From NCBI GenBank assembly GCA_032718475.1, contig JAUCBJ010008690.1:1-36847 (forward strand): a DNA stretch of 36,847 nucleotides, read 5' to 3'. Of this stretch, positions 1-9,773 are shown piece after piece; position 1 is the first letter of the stretch, and every line of letters begins with the position of its first letter. Under the pieces are notes generated by a model, which worked only from the letters and a program-made list of their open reading frames with translations, was not told the DNA's origin and did no database searches. The position numbers were made by a program, and so were the translations under genes. The DNA comes from Nemertoderma westbladi. Its lineage: Eukaryota; Animalia; Xenacoelomorpha.

Positions 1-2
1 CC

Positions 3-1067
3 AAAGACAAGCGGAAATCTAAATTCGGCCATGTTCCCAGCATTTCGCAATCCCCTGGCGTGGCGTTTGGCCAGCCTGCAACTCGAAGTTCTGGGAAAAT
101 TGACCTCTCTAAACTGTTTAACTGCGATGGTTGTTCAGCGCTTTTCATTGACAAAGCTGCTTTCAATAATCATGCTGCCCAATGCGATTTAGGTGATCAC
201 TCAAGTGATGGGAATTTTTCGGTGGAAAGTCTGTGTCCACATTGTGCCAAGGCAGTCCTTGGGAAAGATTGCCTGGGGTGTGACTGCTGTGGGTCTTGGA
301 TACACACCGCATGCCTCGGCTTGGTCAAATCAGATATTCCCATTCTCACCAAGAGTAAAAACTGTAAAATAGTGTGCAACACATGCAAATCGCGTGGCAG
401 TTTTACCATCGGGGAACCTAATGCTAATCCGGCAGCTGTTACTACGGAAACACTAATGTCGGTCGTGTCCAACCTCAAAGATTCAATTTCAAAGGGGTTT
501 AAGCAGCTGAACTCGGATTTAGATGAGCTACGAGAAGAATCCAATGGACTAGCGTCGGGGTCTTCAGACTCACCATGGACCACAGTTAGCCAGAAGACAA
601 CAAGGACTACGGCATCCATGATGACATCAGATGATGTAGACCGGGAAGTGCGAGAACAACGGAAGCGGGAGTTGAATATCGTGATTCGAGGATTACCGGT
701 ATTAGGCAAAGACTCTGACAAAGATAATATATCTTCCCTGTTGGAGTCGGAATTCCATCAGAAAGATGCAATTGTCTCAATAGTCTCCAGCCTTCCATCC
801 AAAGATAACAAGCCCTCTCGAGTAATCATTCGTCTCGCAAACGTTGAAACCAAGAATCTTATTCTCAGTCAAAAGAAAAAACTTCGCCAATCTGCTTTAT
901 TCAGAGCTGTATATATCGACCAAGATCTAACCCGTTTACAAGGTGAGCAGCAGTTTAACAAACGGGAAGCTGCCCGGAATCTTAGATCAACACGAGCAAC
1001 AAGCCGACCTCTATCTCCTTCTTCAATCTCATCTCCATCTCCAATATCTCCATCGGAAAACGTGTAA
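3..1067 (+). CDS. CR1 ORF1p: zinc-finger-like motif, PHD finger, coiled coil and L1-ORF1-like C-terminal region (5' partial)
   Basis: The frame is open from position 3, upstream of the GTG at 60. C4HC3 PHD: CPHC...CDCCGSWIHTAC...CNTC. C-x2-C-x12-H-x3-C motif (CDGC...HAAQC). Typical LINE ORF1 motifs RELNIVIRGL and VYIDQDLT. Confidence 0.85.
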   Translation, partial: KDKRKSKFGHVPSISQSPGVAFGQPATRSSGKIDLSKLFNCDGCSALFIDKAAFNNHAAQCDLGDHSSDGNFSVESLCPHCAKAVLGKDCLGCDCCGSWIHTACLGLVKSDIPILTKSKNCKIVCNTCKSRGSFTIGEPNANPAAVTTETLMSVVSNLKDSISKGFKQLNSDLDELREESNGLASGSSDSPWTTVSQKTTRTTASMMTSDDVDREVREQRKRELNIVIRGLPVLGKDSDKDNISSLLESEFHQKDAIVSIVSSLPSKDNKPSRVIIRLANVETKNLILSQKKKLRQSALFRAVYIDQDLTRLQGEQQFNKREAARNLRSTRATSRPLSPSSISSPSPISPSENV

Positions 1068-3892
1068 ACGGAGGAAAGCAACCTAAGGACCCTTTTACTG
1101 AATGCTGCGTAATAAATGCTCAGTCGCTTAAAAATAAACTAACTGACTTTGAGTTCTTTCTACAATCAAATGGATATGGTATTGTTGGTATCACTGAGTC
1201 TTGGTTAACAGACGAAATAACTGATAAAATGGTTAGTGGTAATGGTGATTATATGGTATTCCGGAACGATCGCGTCTCTAGGGGGGGTGGTGTCGCCATT
1301 CTTGTGCGAACAGACATCAAATGTGTCAAGGTTAAATTACCTCCGCAGTTTGAGGACACAGTAGAAGTGGTGGCCGTGGATTTGGTGGGTAGTTCCCCGA
1401 GTCGCTTTATTTGTACATATCGGTCGGGCACTATAGCAACCCTTGACTCTGACAAATTGCTTTCCCAATGTTTATCTTCTCTTTGTGAAGTTACCTACCC
1501 ATGCGTGGTAACTGGAGACTTTAACCTGCCTGATTATGATTGGGTTAAATTAACCCATCCCTCTAATGATAACTATAATGTGCTTTCTCAATGTTTCCTA
1601 GAGAATAGTCTAAATCAATTGCAGCTAAAACCTACCCATGGTAATAATGTGTTAGACCTTGTTTTTTCTACTGAAGATATGTTTATTTCTAATGTTAATG
1701 TTTTGGCCCCTTTTAGTACAAGCGATCACGATTCTGTTGTTTTTAGCATTTTATCTGCTGACCGTAACTTTAATTCTCATGATTGTACTGGTTTTTATGA
1801 TTTTAAAAATGCAGACTATGTTAAGTTTTCCGACTATATAGATAACATAGACTGGCCCTCTGTTTTCAATTCATGTTTGCTGGTAAATGATTTCTGGGAT
1901 ATTTTTAGTGCTACTCTACGTGCAGGGATTGATAAATTTGTTCCATTTAAGGTTTTTGGTGCAAAGCGTAACAAAATAGTCCAACCAGAGTTCCTTAGAC
2001 TTCTCCAGCGTAAGAAAAAACTGTTATGGCGGCGGCGCCATACAGTCAATGGTGGATTGGAATATAAGAAATGTGCTAAAGCTACATCACAAGCAACCTT
2101 CCGGGCTGCCTGCATACGCGAAAATAGAATTCTAAGCTCTGGTAATATTGGAAATATTTTTGCACATATAAATTCCAAACGTAACCTGAAATCAGGTATT
2201 TCTCCATTTAAGTACAAAGGTGCAACAGTTGTTAATGATTGTGATAAGGCTCGAATTTTATCTAGTGTTTTTTCAGAAAACTTTTCACTTGATGATGGTG
2301 CTGTGCCTAATTTTGAGCAGCGTGTTCCAGCTCACGTATCTTTGTCCTCAGTCGATTTTACCCCAATTAAAGTGTATACTTTTTTACGTAAGATTGAAGG
2401 TAAATCCAGTCGCACTCCAGATGGCTTCCCCAGTTTGTTATTTAGTAATTTATCACGGTGCCTTGCAGCTCCTTTAGCTACTATATTTCAAGTATCATTT
2501 AGTAGCCATGCTCTCCCTTCTATATGGTTAACAGCTTACATTATACCGGTTTATAAGAAAGGTGATGCCTCTAATCCATATAATTATAGACCAATTTCGT
2601 TAACTTGTATTTCATGTAAGATTATGGAGATGTGTATCAAGGAGACAGTGTTAGAATATTTATACTTACACAATGTAATATCTAAATCTCAGCATGGGTT
2701 TTTAAAAAAGCGGTCTACTTGTACTCAATTATTAGAATGTGTTACGGAGTGGTGCAACTTATTGGATAAACGTCATAGCTGTGATATAATATATGTAGAT
2801 TTTGCCAAAGCTTTTGATTCTGTGGTGCATAGTAAATTATTGTTTAAGCTATCTAGTTACGGTATTACTGGCGATTTACTGTTATGGTTATCTGCATTTT
2901 TAACAGATCGTAGTCAAAAAGTATTAATTGGTAATAGTTTCTCCAATGTCTGTCACGTGGTATCTGGAACACCTCAAGGAAGTGTTCTAGGCCCAATATT
3001 ATTTATTATATTTATTAATGACTTACCTGATGCCATTGATCGCCGTGTATCATGTAAACTATTTGCCGACGATGTAAAGCTATATGCACAGACTTCAGAT
3101 AGATTAATACTTAACAAAGCCTTATTAGATTTGGAAATGTGGTCTGCCAATTGGCAACTGCATATTGCAGCACATAAATGCAGCGTGCTTCACATCGGCT
3201 CGGCAGACCGCACTGATTGTCAATATATGTTAGGGGGGAAGTTATTAAATGTAGAAACATCTTGTAGGGACCTCGGTATTACAATGTGCAGTAACCTTAT
3301 TTTTGATACCTATTGTCGTGAACAATCTGCAAAGGCTTTCAAAATGATCAACCTTATATTTAAGTGCTTTCACACCAACAACCGTAGTGCATTAATTATA
3401 GATTACAAATCTTATGTGCGACCCTTGTTAGAATACTGTACATCAGTGTGGTCTCCGTATCATTTAGGAAGTATAGATTTAATTGAGCGTGTCCAGCGAT
3501 ATTTTACACGCCGCCTTTTTAAACGTTGTAATTTAGATTGTTCGTTAAGTTATTTAGATCGCCTTACTGACCTACAGTTGCAACCATTAGAAGTCCGACG
3601 AATAATCTATGACCTGAAGATGACCTTTGCTATATATCATAACGACGTTGACTTAAATACTTCTGACTTCTTCAGCTTGGCTCCTAGGGCTGGGTTGAGA
3701 GGACATGACCGCAAGTTGCACCACCGGCAGTCTCGACTGTTAATGTGTAAAAATATATTTGCGTACAGAGTTGTTCCTATTTGGAACTGGCTCCCTGCTG
3801 AGATTGTTAACTCATTGTCTAAAAGCATTTTCTCTAATAAAGTTAAAGGCCTGAATCTACTTTCTTTTTGTTATTTTAACCGAGCTATGTGA
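986..3892 (+). CDS. CR1 ORF2p: apurinic-like endonuclease plus reverse transcriptase
   Basis: The frame is open from 986, after TAG 983-985. APE N-terminal motifs INAQSLKNK and GITESWL lie upstream of ATG 1229. Also GDFN, SDH, YRPISLT, DFAKAFD, PQGSVLGP and FADD, with no internal stops. Confidence 0.93.
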   Translation: MNTSNKPTSISFFNLISISNISIGKRVNGGKQPKDPFTECCVINAQSLKNKLTDFEFFLQSNGYGIVGITESWLTDEITDKMVSGNGDYMVFRNDRVSRGGGVAILVRTDIKCVKVKLPPQFEDTVEVVAVDLVGSSPSRFICTYRSGTIATLDSDKLLSQCLSSLCEVTYPCVVTGDFNLPDYDWVKLTHPSNDNYNVLSQCFLENSLNQLQLKPTHGNNVLDLVFSTEDMFISNVNVLAPFSTSDHDSVVFSILSADRNFNSHDCTGFYDFKNADYVKFSDYIDNIDWPSVFNSCLLVNDFWDIFSATLRAGIDKFVPFKVFGAKRNKIVQPEFLRLLQRKKKLLWRRRHTVNGGLEYKKCAKATSQATFRAACIRENRILSSGNIGNIFAHINSKRNLKSGISPFKYKGATVVNDCDKARILSSVFSENFSLDDGAVPNFEQRVPAHVSLSSVDFTPIKVYTFLRKIEGKSSRTPDGFPSLLFSNLSRCLAAPLATIFQVSFSSHALPSIWLTAYIIPVYKKGDASNPYNYRPISLTCISCKIMEMCIKETVLEYLYLHNVISKSQHGFLKKRSTCTQLLECVTEWCNLLDKRHSCDIIYVDFAKAFDSVVHSKLLFKLSSYGITGDLLLWLSAFLTDRSQKVLIGNSFSNVCHVVSGTPQGSVLGPILFIIFINDLPDAIDRRVSCKLFADDVKLYAQTSDRLILNKALLDLEMWSANWQLHIAAHKCSVLHIGSADRTDCQYMLGGKLLNVETSCRDLGITMCSNLIFDTYCREQSAKAFKMINLIFKCFHTNNRSALIIDYKSYVRPLLEYCTSVWSPYHLGSIDLIERVQRYFTRRLFKRCNLDCSLSYLDRLTDLQLQPLEVRRIIYDLKMTFAIYHNDVDLNTSDFFSLAPRAGLRGHDRKLHHRQSRLLMCKNIFAYRVVPIWNWLPAEIVNSLSKSIFSNKVKGLNLLSFCYFNRAM

Positions 3893-4018
3893 TAAATATG
3901 TTTTAATAATAATATAACCAGTTATTGTAATGTTGTCTGTCCTTCATGTTTTTTTTTTAAGTGGGTTTTATGTACTAAATGTCGAATTTTATCTGCTAAT
4001 ACGTTATTTTTATTGTAA

Positions 4019-4192
4019 ACTATTTTATAAATTTTTAGATATTTTGAACTATTTTAGATTTATTTTAAACTATTTTAAAACTTTGTAGATATTTTGAACT
4101 ATTTTAGATTTATTTTAAACTGTTGCAAATTTGTATGCTCTATATAACCTACCGTAAGTGTACCTGGTTTTACCGTAAGTGTACCTGGTTTG
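4019..4192 (+). repeat. Short direct duplications in the CR1 3' UTR
   Basis: tagatattttgaactattttagatttattttaaact occurs twice (~4036, ~4086). taccgtaagtgtacctggttt occurs twice (~4150, ~4171). Confidence 0.75.
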
Positions 4193-4483
4193 TTTTTCTC
4201 CGGTGTCTTTATTTTAATTAATATTTCACTGTTAAATAATAATAATAGTACTGGTACTTACACTGACTGACTGAGAGAGAGCTGGCATTTGGGCATGGGC
4301 AGTGCTAAGTTTCAGAGTATAGTCATTTCCTTGTATGTCATTGTAGCCCTATATGGTGACATACAAGCAGTATGTGACCACCTGACCACCTAGCCAGAAG
4401 TATATAGTATTAGTATACAATAGGTACATACATTGAATACGACTAATGAATGTATCTTGCTGAAATATTATTATTATCTGATA

Positions 4484-7268
4484 ATGGACCCTCCTGATGT
4501 AGATGTGCTGAACCTCTAAACGAACCCGGAGTGAAGTTAAACATCCATTTTTACTCGGGTGTGGCTGTGTGGAATCGAGTTCCTTCATGAAAATAAGTTA
4601 CCTACTAATCGGGATTTTTTGCGCCGCCTCAACTTCATAATGAAAACCTGCCGGCATAATGAAACCCTTTATATTTCTTCTGAATCACTGACATCTGAGA
4701 TTGCTGAGCTTTGGGGGCGAGGTGGTATTCCAACAATTGCAACTCAATCAAAAACATTAAAAATCATTCGGCTCCATAAGGAATACGACAACAAGGCTGC
4801 AAAGTTTAATAGGAATTTGAAGGGAGGCGAAAGGAGTGATGCTCTAAAAGGCTTTGAGATTAAGCTGGATAAAACCTATTTAATATAGCTTCAAAGAATG
4901 CAGAAGCAATGCTGCAAGCTTTGGCTATTTCAGGTGATTCTGCGGCAGCTGAGGACTTAAAATTCTTTTCTGATCAGCTCTCTACACGGCAGGCGAGTAT
5001 GGTTGGATTGGATTTAGTGAGGGCCAAGAAAAGCAAAGCCAAAGCTATTATAATAGCTAAGAAAGAGGAAGCTGCAGCAAAGAAGGCAGAGAGGAAGAAG
5101 GCTAAACTGTCTGAAAGAATAATCGAAAATGTTTCATCAGCTTCAGAAGATAATGTTTCTACTGGAGAATCAACTCAAAATGATGATGATAATGACTATG
5201 TTCCAAAGTTCAGAAAAGAAAAAAAGAGAAAATCTATTTGCACATCAGTACTTACCTCAACTCTCTGCAGGGAAAATATACCCAGCAAGCCTGGCGTAAG
5301 AATAGTTTGTGCTACATGTGCCGCCATTGGTACAGTATAAATGTTATTACCGAAAATGTAACATTAAGCAGGTCAACAATGATGCGTCACCAAAAGAAAA
5401 ACCATGAAGAACAGGTAATGAAGATCAAGGCTGATATAGCAAGTGACCACGATCAAGGAGATTTGGAGATTCACTTTGATGGTAAGAGATTCAATCAAAT
5501 AGCTGGGTATAAAGCAGAACCACGACTTACTGTTTGTGTGACTGGATCTGGACTCTGTAATGATAAGTTCATAGGAGCTCCACGAATGAAAGATGAATGT
5601 GGTGATACGATGGCTTATACAGTCAATTCAGTACTGATTGAATGGGGAATTGTTAACAGAGTGAAAGCAGTTTGTGTGGACACCACTAATTCAAACACAG
5701 GAGCTGAAAATGGTAGTGTTGTTATTTTGGAGGGTCTGCTTGAACGTCCATTGGTTTGGCTACCATGTCGACACCACATGCTGGAACTAATATTGAAGGC
5801 AGCATTTATCTTCAAGGTTAGCAAACGGACACAAAGTCCTTATGAGGCATCATTCACTGCTTTCCATGAGGAACAGTATGATCAACTTGTTCTAACTGAC
5901 TTTATCCTCCCTCAATTACCAGCAGATATGTTTGAAGATTTTAATGAGGTATTGGAAACCATGGAAGGTTTACTAAAGCCAGATGCTCCTGCACAGCCAC
6001 GTGGAGATTACCTGGATTTGATTGAACTCGCCATCATATTTCTTGGTGGAACTCCACCTCGTGGTATCCATTTTAGATGTCCAGGATCATATAATCATAC
6101 GAGCTGGATGTCAAAGCTAAGATATGCCATTATGATGGAACTCTTCGCTCTTCAAATTCAGATGACACCAGAGGCAACCAGTGACCTGCATGATTTTAAT
6201 CTGTGGGCTATAAGAACTTATGTGGTTTATTGGTTCAGTGCTCCAGAATTACTGAATGCTCCCGCAAATGATCTTAAGTTTATGGAAAAGCTTAGTGTTC
6301 ATGCAATTTATGATCAGGATCTTTATCTAGTCTGCAGTACTGTAGTGTCCCGGCATCAATGGTACATCTCAGCTGAGTTGTTGGTACTTGCCTTGTTCGA
6401 CAGCAAGACATCAGACAAAGATAAAGGTGAGATTGCCAGTGCTCTTCTGGCGCAGCCCATGGAAGATATGGCTTCAGGGCGGCCCCAGTTCCTGTTTTGT
6501 ATATGCAATGGGCGATTTGATTCATCGATGGTATGTTGTGATAATGACAAGTGTCCCATTAAATGGTACCACTTTAAATGTGTCAACATATCCAAGAAAC
6601 CTTTAGGGCAGTGGTATCGTCCACGTTGTCCTCGGCCATCAGTAAATGAGAAGTTCTGCATATGCTAGAAGGGAGGAGATGGAGCAATGGTTGCGTGTGA
6701 TAATGTGTTGTGCACCATTGAATGGTTCCATTTCAGGTGGATCTTGATGATCATATGATTTTATGAGTCCTTTAATTGATAACAAATATATTTGTTACAT
6801 ATTATATATACCAACCAATATAAGTTTTTCACAGTGTTTATCATTATTTGCGTAGACAGACAAACTAACCACAATTACTAATACAATTACTCTATTTATA
6901 TTAGGTGTGTTGACATCACTGCAATTCCAAGTGGGCTGTGGTACTGCAAGTGGTGTAGAGGAATTGATTCTTCGACACAAAAGAAACCACTAACGCTGTC
7001 TGAAAGAGTCAACCCCAGATCATGGCTGCTTTTCAAGGTATATAATCTGGATACAGCTTGGATGCAATTAAAACCAGAGTTTTACAACACGGACTGTGGT
7101 TACTTAGCTGCGAAGGAGAAACTGAACAAGTTGACTACAGTTAACGATATCTCAGAACGAGGAGTAGCTCACACCTTACGATATCTTCAGTACCCACGGA
7201 CAACTAATGAGAAAGATTTACAGAACCTCCTCCTGGTTACCAAGCACCACATTGACCAATACCCATAA
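4484..7268 (+). pseudogene. hAT-superfamily (hATm-like) DDE transposase with two internal ING-type PHD fingers; frameshifted, with one nonsense codon and an intron at 6737-6904
   Basis: The ORF pieces 4559-4888, 4909-5340, 5238-6668 and 6906-7268 join into one protein. D1 in IHFDGK (5478), D2 in VDTTNSNTG (5679), CRHH (C-x2-H) motif, SWMSK, and catalytic E in VNDISERGV (7155). Frameshifts near 4560, 4875 and 5335; TAG at 6666-6668. Confidence 0.82.
6737..6904 (+). other. Spliceosomal intron (168 nt) within the second PHD finger of the transposase
   Basis: AG|GTGGAT donor and tttatattAG|G acceptor. The interval is AT-rich and contains in-frame stops. Removing it gives EWFHFR-CVDITAIPSGLWYCKWC and restores the C4HC3 spacing. 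Confidence 0.8.
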
Positions 7269-7469
7269 TATGACCGTGATACTTTTGCAATTATGTGTGA
7301 TGGAGATAGTGACTAACTGGACTAGCTTCTTTCTTGCTTTCTGTATAAACTGTACACCTATCCTGTCTAGGTTACTTGTTGATTGGATTAACCTTGTTTT
7401 CAATGTTTGATGTTGAAATGATTAAAATGCACCTTCATTGTTAAAACATATGTCATGAAGCAAGCCTAG

Positions 7470-8353
7470 CCCAGTGAAAAGTGCGCAAGCGTATCGCAAG
7501 CGTGCAACGCAGGCGTATCTGATGTGATTCCCAAGAGTTATGGCCCGACCTTTACGCAAGCGACCTACTTGCGTTAAGTCGCATAGATATCGCAACAACT
7601 TGCGTTCAGTCGCATAAAACTCGTATGCGATTCACTTGCGACTTTCAAGCGTCATGAGGCATAAATATCACAAAAATCTACTGATTGTGATTTTTGTGTA
7701 ATATAATTGATTGAATTGTTGCATTGAATTGTAATATAATATTGAGACCTTGTGACAGAAAATATGATACAGTAGTTGATTATTCCACTACTGTTTGATA
7801 CTATGGGCTTCCATATCATCTGCCTACTTTACTTACCTTACATTACATTACATTACACTCTCTAGACATAGAACATTAGACATCGTGTATGAATCAATAC
7901 TAGAAATGGTTGGTTATATACAGGTTAATACAAATAGATTAGAATAACCATGATACACTTTTAACTATTCCCTATAATTTTCAATTCTATAAAATATATG
8001 AATATAATCACTGAATTCGACAGCCATACAGTATTAGATAATTCATATTCATCAATTTTATATTTTAAATCTATTTATTTCTTGATATGGAATCTCATGA
8101 TATGGAATAAAGATTCTCATGGTGTAAAACATGCGTTAAATAAGCGTTAAATGAGGTGTGATTCCCATGCGATTTTCATGCACGGAATCACAGGCGTAAA
8201 ATAAGTTGTGAATCGCATGCGTGGAATCGCTTCCCTATTTTACATGTGATTCACATGCGAATCACAAGATTTTTATCGCTATTTATTGAGCCGCAATAAA
8301 AACGCATGACGCATTAAAATCACTTGCGATACGCATGCGCATTTTTCACTGGG
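7470..8353. mobile_element. Non-autonomous DNA transposon (MITE), CMC/EnSpm-like CCCAG ends
   Basis: 33-bp TIRs with 3 mismatches: CCCAGTGAAAAGTGCGCAAGCGTATCGCAAGCG and CACTTGCGATACGCATGCGCATTTTTCACTGGG. Flanking AG at 7468-7469 and 8354-8355 is a 2-bp TSD. Subterminal cgca/tgcg repeats; no ORF. Confidence 0.85.
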
Positions 8354-8559
8354 AGGTATCTTTTCAAACACCTACTGATATCTATCTTACAGTCTTATCC
8401 TTCCTATACAGTATATAGGAATGATATGGACAATAACTACATATCAGCATCGAATTAATTTGTACCGAAATACTGAATAATAAGGTTCAATCAACTCACT
8501 TTAACGAATAGCAAGTGCAATGGAGAAGTTCCTACAACAGCCAATCTGTAGAAAATATG

Positions 8560-8818
8560 GCAAAGGTGCAATGTGCAAAATAAACCGATTTTCTTATCTT
8601 ATACTATTTGGAACTAGTCCCTCTGCAACATTCAAATTCTAAAAAAAACAGCTTTTTCAGCAACATTTTTTCATGGTTTGAAGGTCACCGTGGGAGTAGT
8701 TCGGCACATTTTCGGACACCATCGTTGATATTTATCGAGTTTTTACACAATTTGGAACAAATTCTCGTATGTAGTAACATTGATAGGCTAGCGAAAGTTG
8801 GTTTTTTTTGAACCACTA
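8560..8818 (+). mobile_element. Putative right terminus of the hAT-like element
   Basis: Ends in TTTTTTTTGAACCACTA, whose reverse complement TAGTGGTTCAAAAAAAA resembles TAG-starting hATm-type termini (from recall). The matching left TIR was not found in the window. Confidence 0.4.
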
Positions 8819-9129
8819 GCAATCAAGGCTGCAAGGCTAGCAGCAGCCTGGCAGCAACAATACAACCAGGTCAGAAAGTGTACGTACACGCGAACAACAC
8901 CTTGCAGCCTTGAATACAACACAGCAATACCGGACCAGTGTCCTGTTGTCTGAGTATCATCACTGCACTGACCACAGAACCTCTGAACCTGTCTGCCAGT
9001 GCAGGTGCAGCAACAGTCAGTACTGCAGTAGGCTACTGAATTGTTAATACCGGTACTGCTGTACTGTACTGCCTGACTGCTGTAATATTAAAATACCCAG
9101 ATACTGAAACTGCACTGAAATCAGAAAAT
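8819..9129 (+). promoter_or_regulatory. Probable nicalin proximal promoter / 5' UTR
   Basis: Directly upstream of AAAATATG (ATG 9130). Contains a 14-bp inverted repeat (8823-8836/8900-8913) and a 12-bp palindrome GTGTACGTACAC (8878-8889). Confidence 0.45.
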
Positions 9130-9773
9130 ATGACTATGGAAGAGTTTACGACGACTGTCTGCGATTTAGGCCGGTGGCACTTGGTCGCTGCAGTGCTCCT
9201 TCTCCCCCTCCTAGCTGCGCTGAACTCCCCTCTAGGCGGGGAGGCCAGTAGCGACTTCCCTGCCTACCGGATGTACCAATACGACCTGTACGGGAAGGCG
9301 TACGGCTGCAAGCAGTCCCGCCTAAACCTCGAAGCCGCTGCCTTGTCTACTACTCCAGGGAGTAGCAATTACGCCCGTAGATGTCTCGTCTACCGTGCCT
9401 TGGATCTCACTGTGGACCACATAAAAGCGATTCTCGCTACCACAGTCGGGGGTCTACTCGTCCTCCTCCCACCTGATTGGTCAGTCGCATCGGCTGAAGC
9501 GATAGCGGCGTTCCAACAACTAGAATCCTGGGCTCTCTCCGAAGAGTTCGATCTTCCGGTTTACTTCGCCGCGGAGACTCCGGTACTCCGCGGGGTCCAC
9601 CAGTCGTTAGTCGCGGGTACCGCAGCCAGCGAGGCCCCGACCGCCGCTCAGGCCCTGGTAAGGTCTATCAGCGCCGCTGGCTACCAGTTGGTCACCGCCA
9701 CCACTGACGCCGCTAATAAACCCCTACCCAACGCTGAGTTGACCACCCTCTATGGCCTACTAACGGCAGATAG
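9130..9773 (+). CDS. NCLN: Nicalin (nicastrin-like ER protein of the BOS complex), coding exon 1
   Basis: Signal-peptide-like N-terminus followed by FPAYRMYQYDLYGKAYG, RRCLV, GGLLVLLP and PVYFA, matching recalled nicalin motifs (FTVYRMQQYDL, RRCV, GAVVIILP, PVYF). GC/CpG-rich. Donor AG|GTCAGT at 9774 (phase 2). Confidence 0.9.

Larger units (their letters stand above)
1..4250 (+). mobile_element. CR1-clade non-LTR retrotransposon (LINE), near full length, 5' end off-window
   Basis: Two-ORF layout: PHD-containing ORF1 and APE-RT ORF2 with a CR1-type C-terminus (LRGHDRKL...FAYRVVPIWNWLP). AT-rich 3' UTR ends in an (AAT)n tail at ~4236-4247. Confidence 0.9.

Noticed and set aside
197-3828. Small antisense or alternate-frame ORFs overlapping the CR1
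   Set aside because: Shadow ORFs with no recognisable motifs.
6495-6956. A host ING tumour-suppressor gene
   Set aside because: There is no ING N-terminal domain, and the PHDs are in frame with transposase sequence on both sides.
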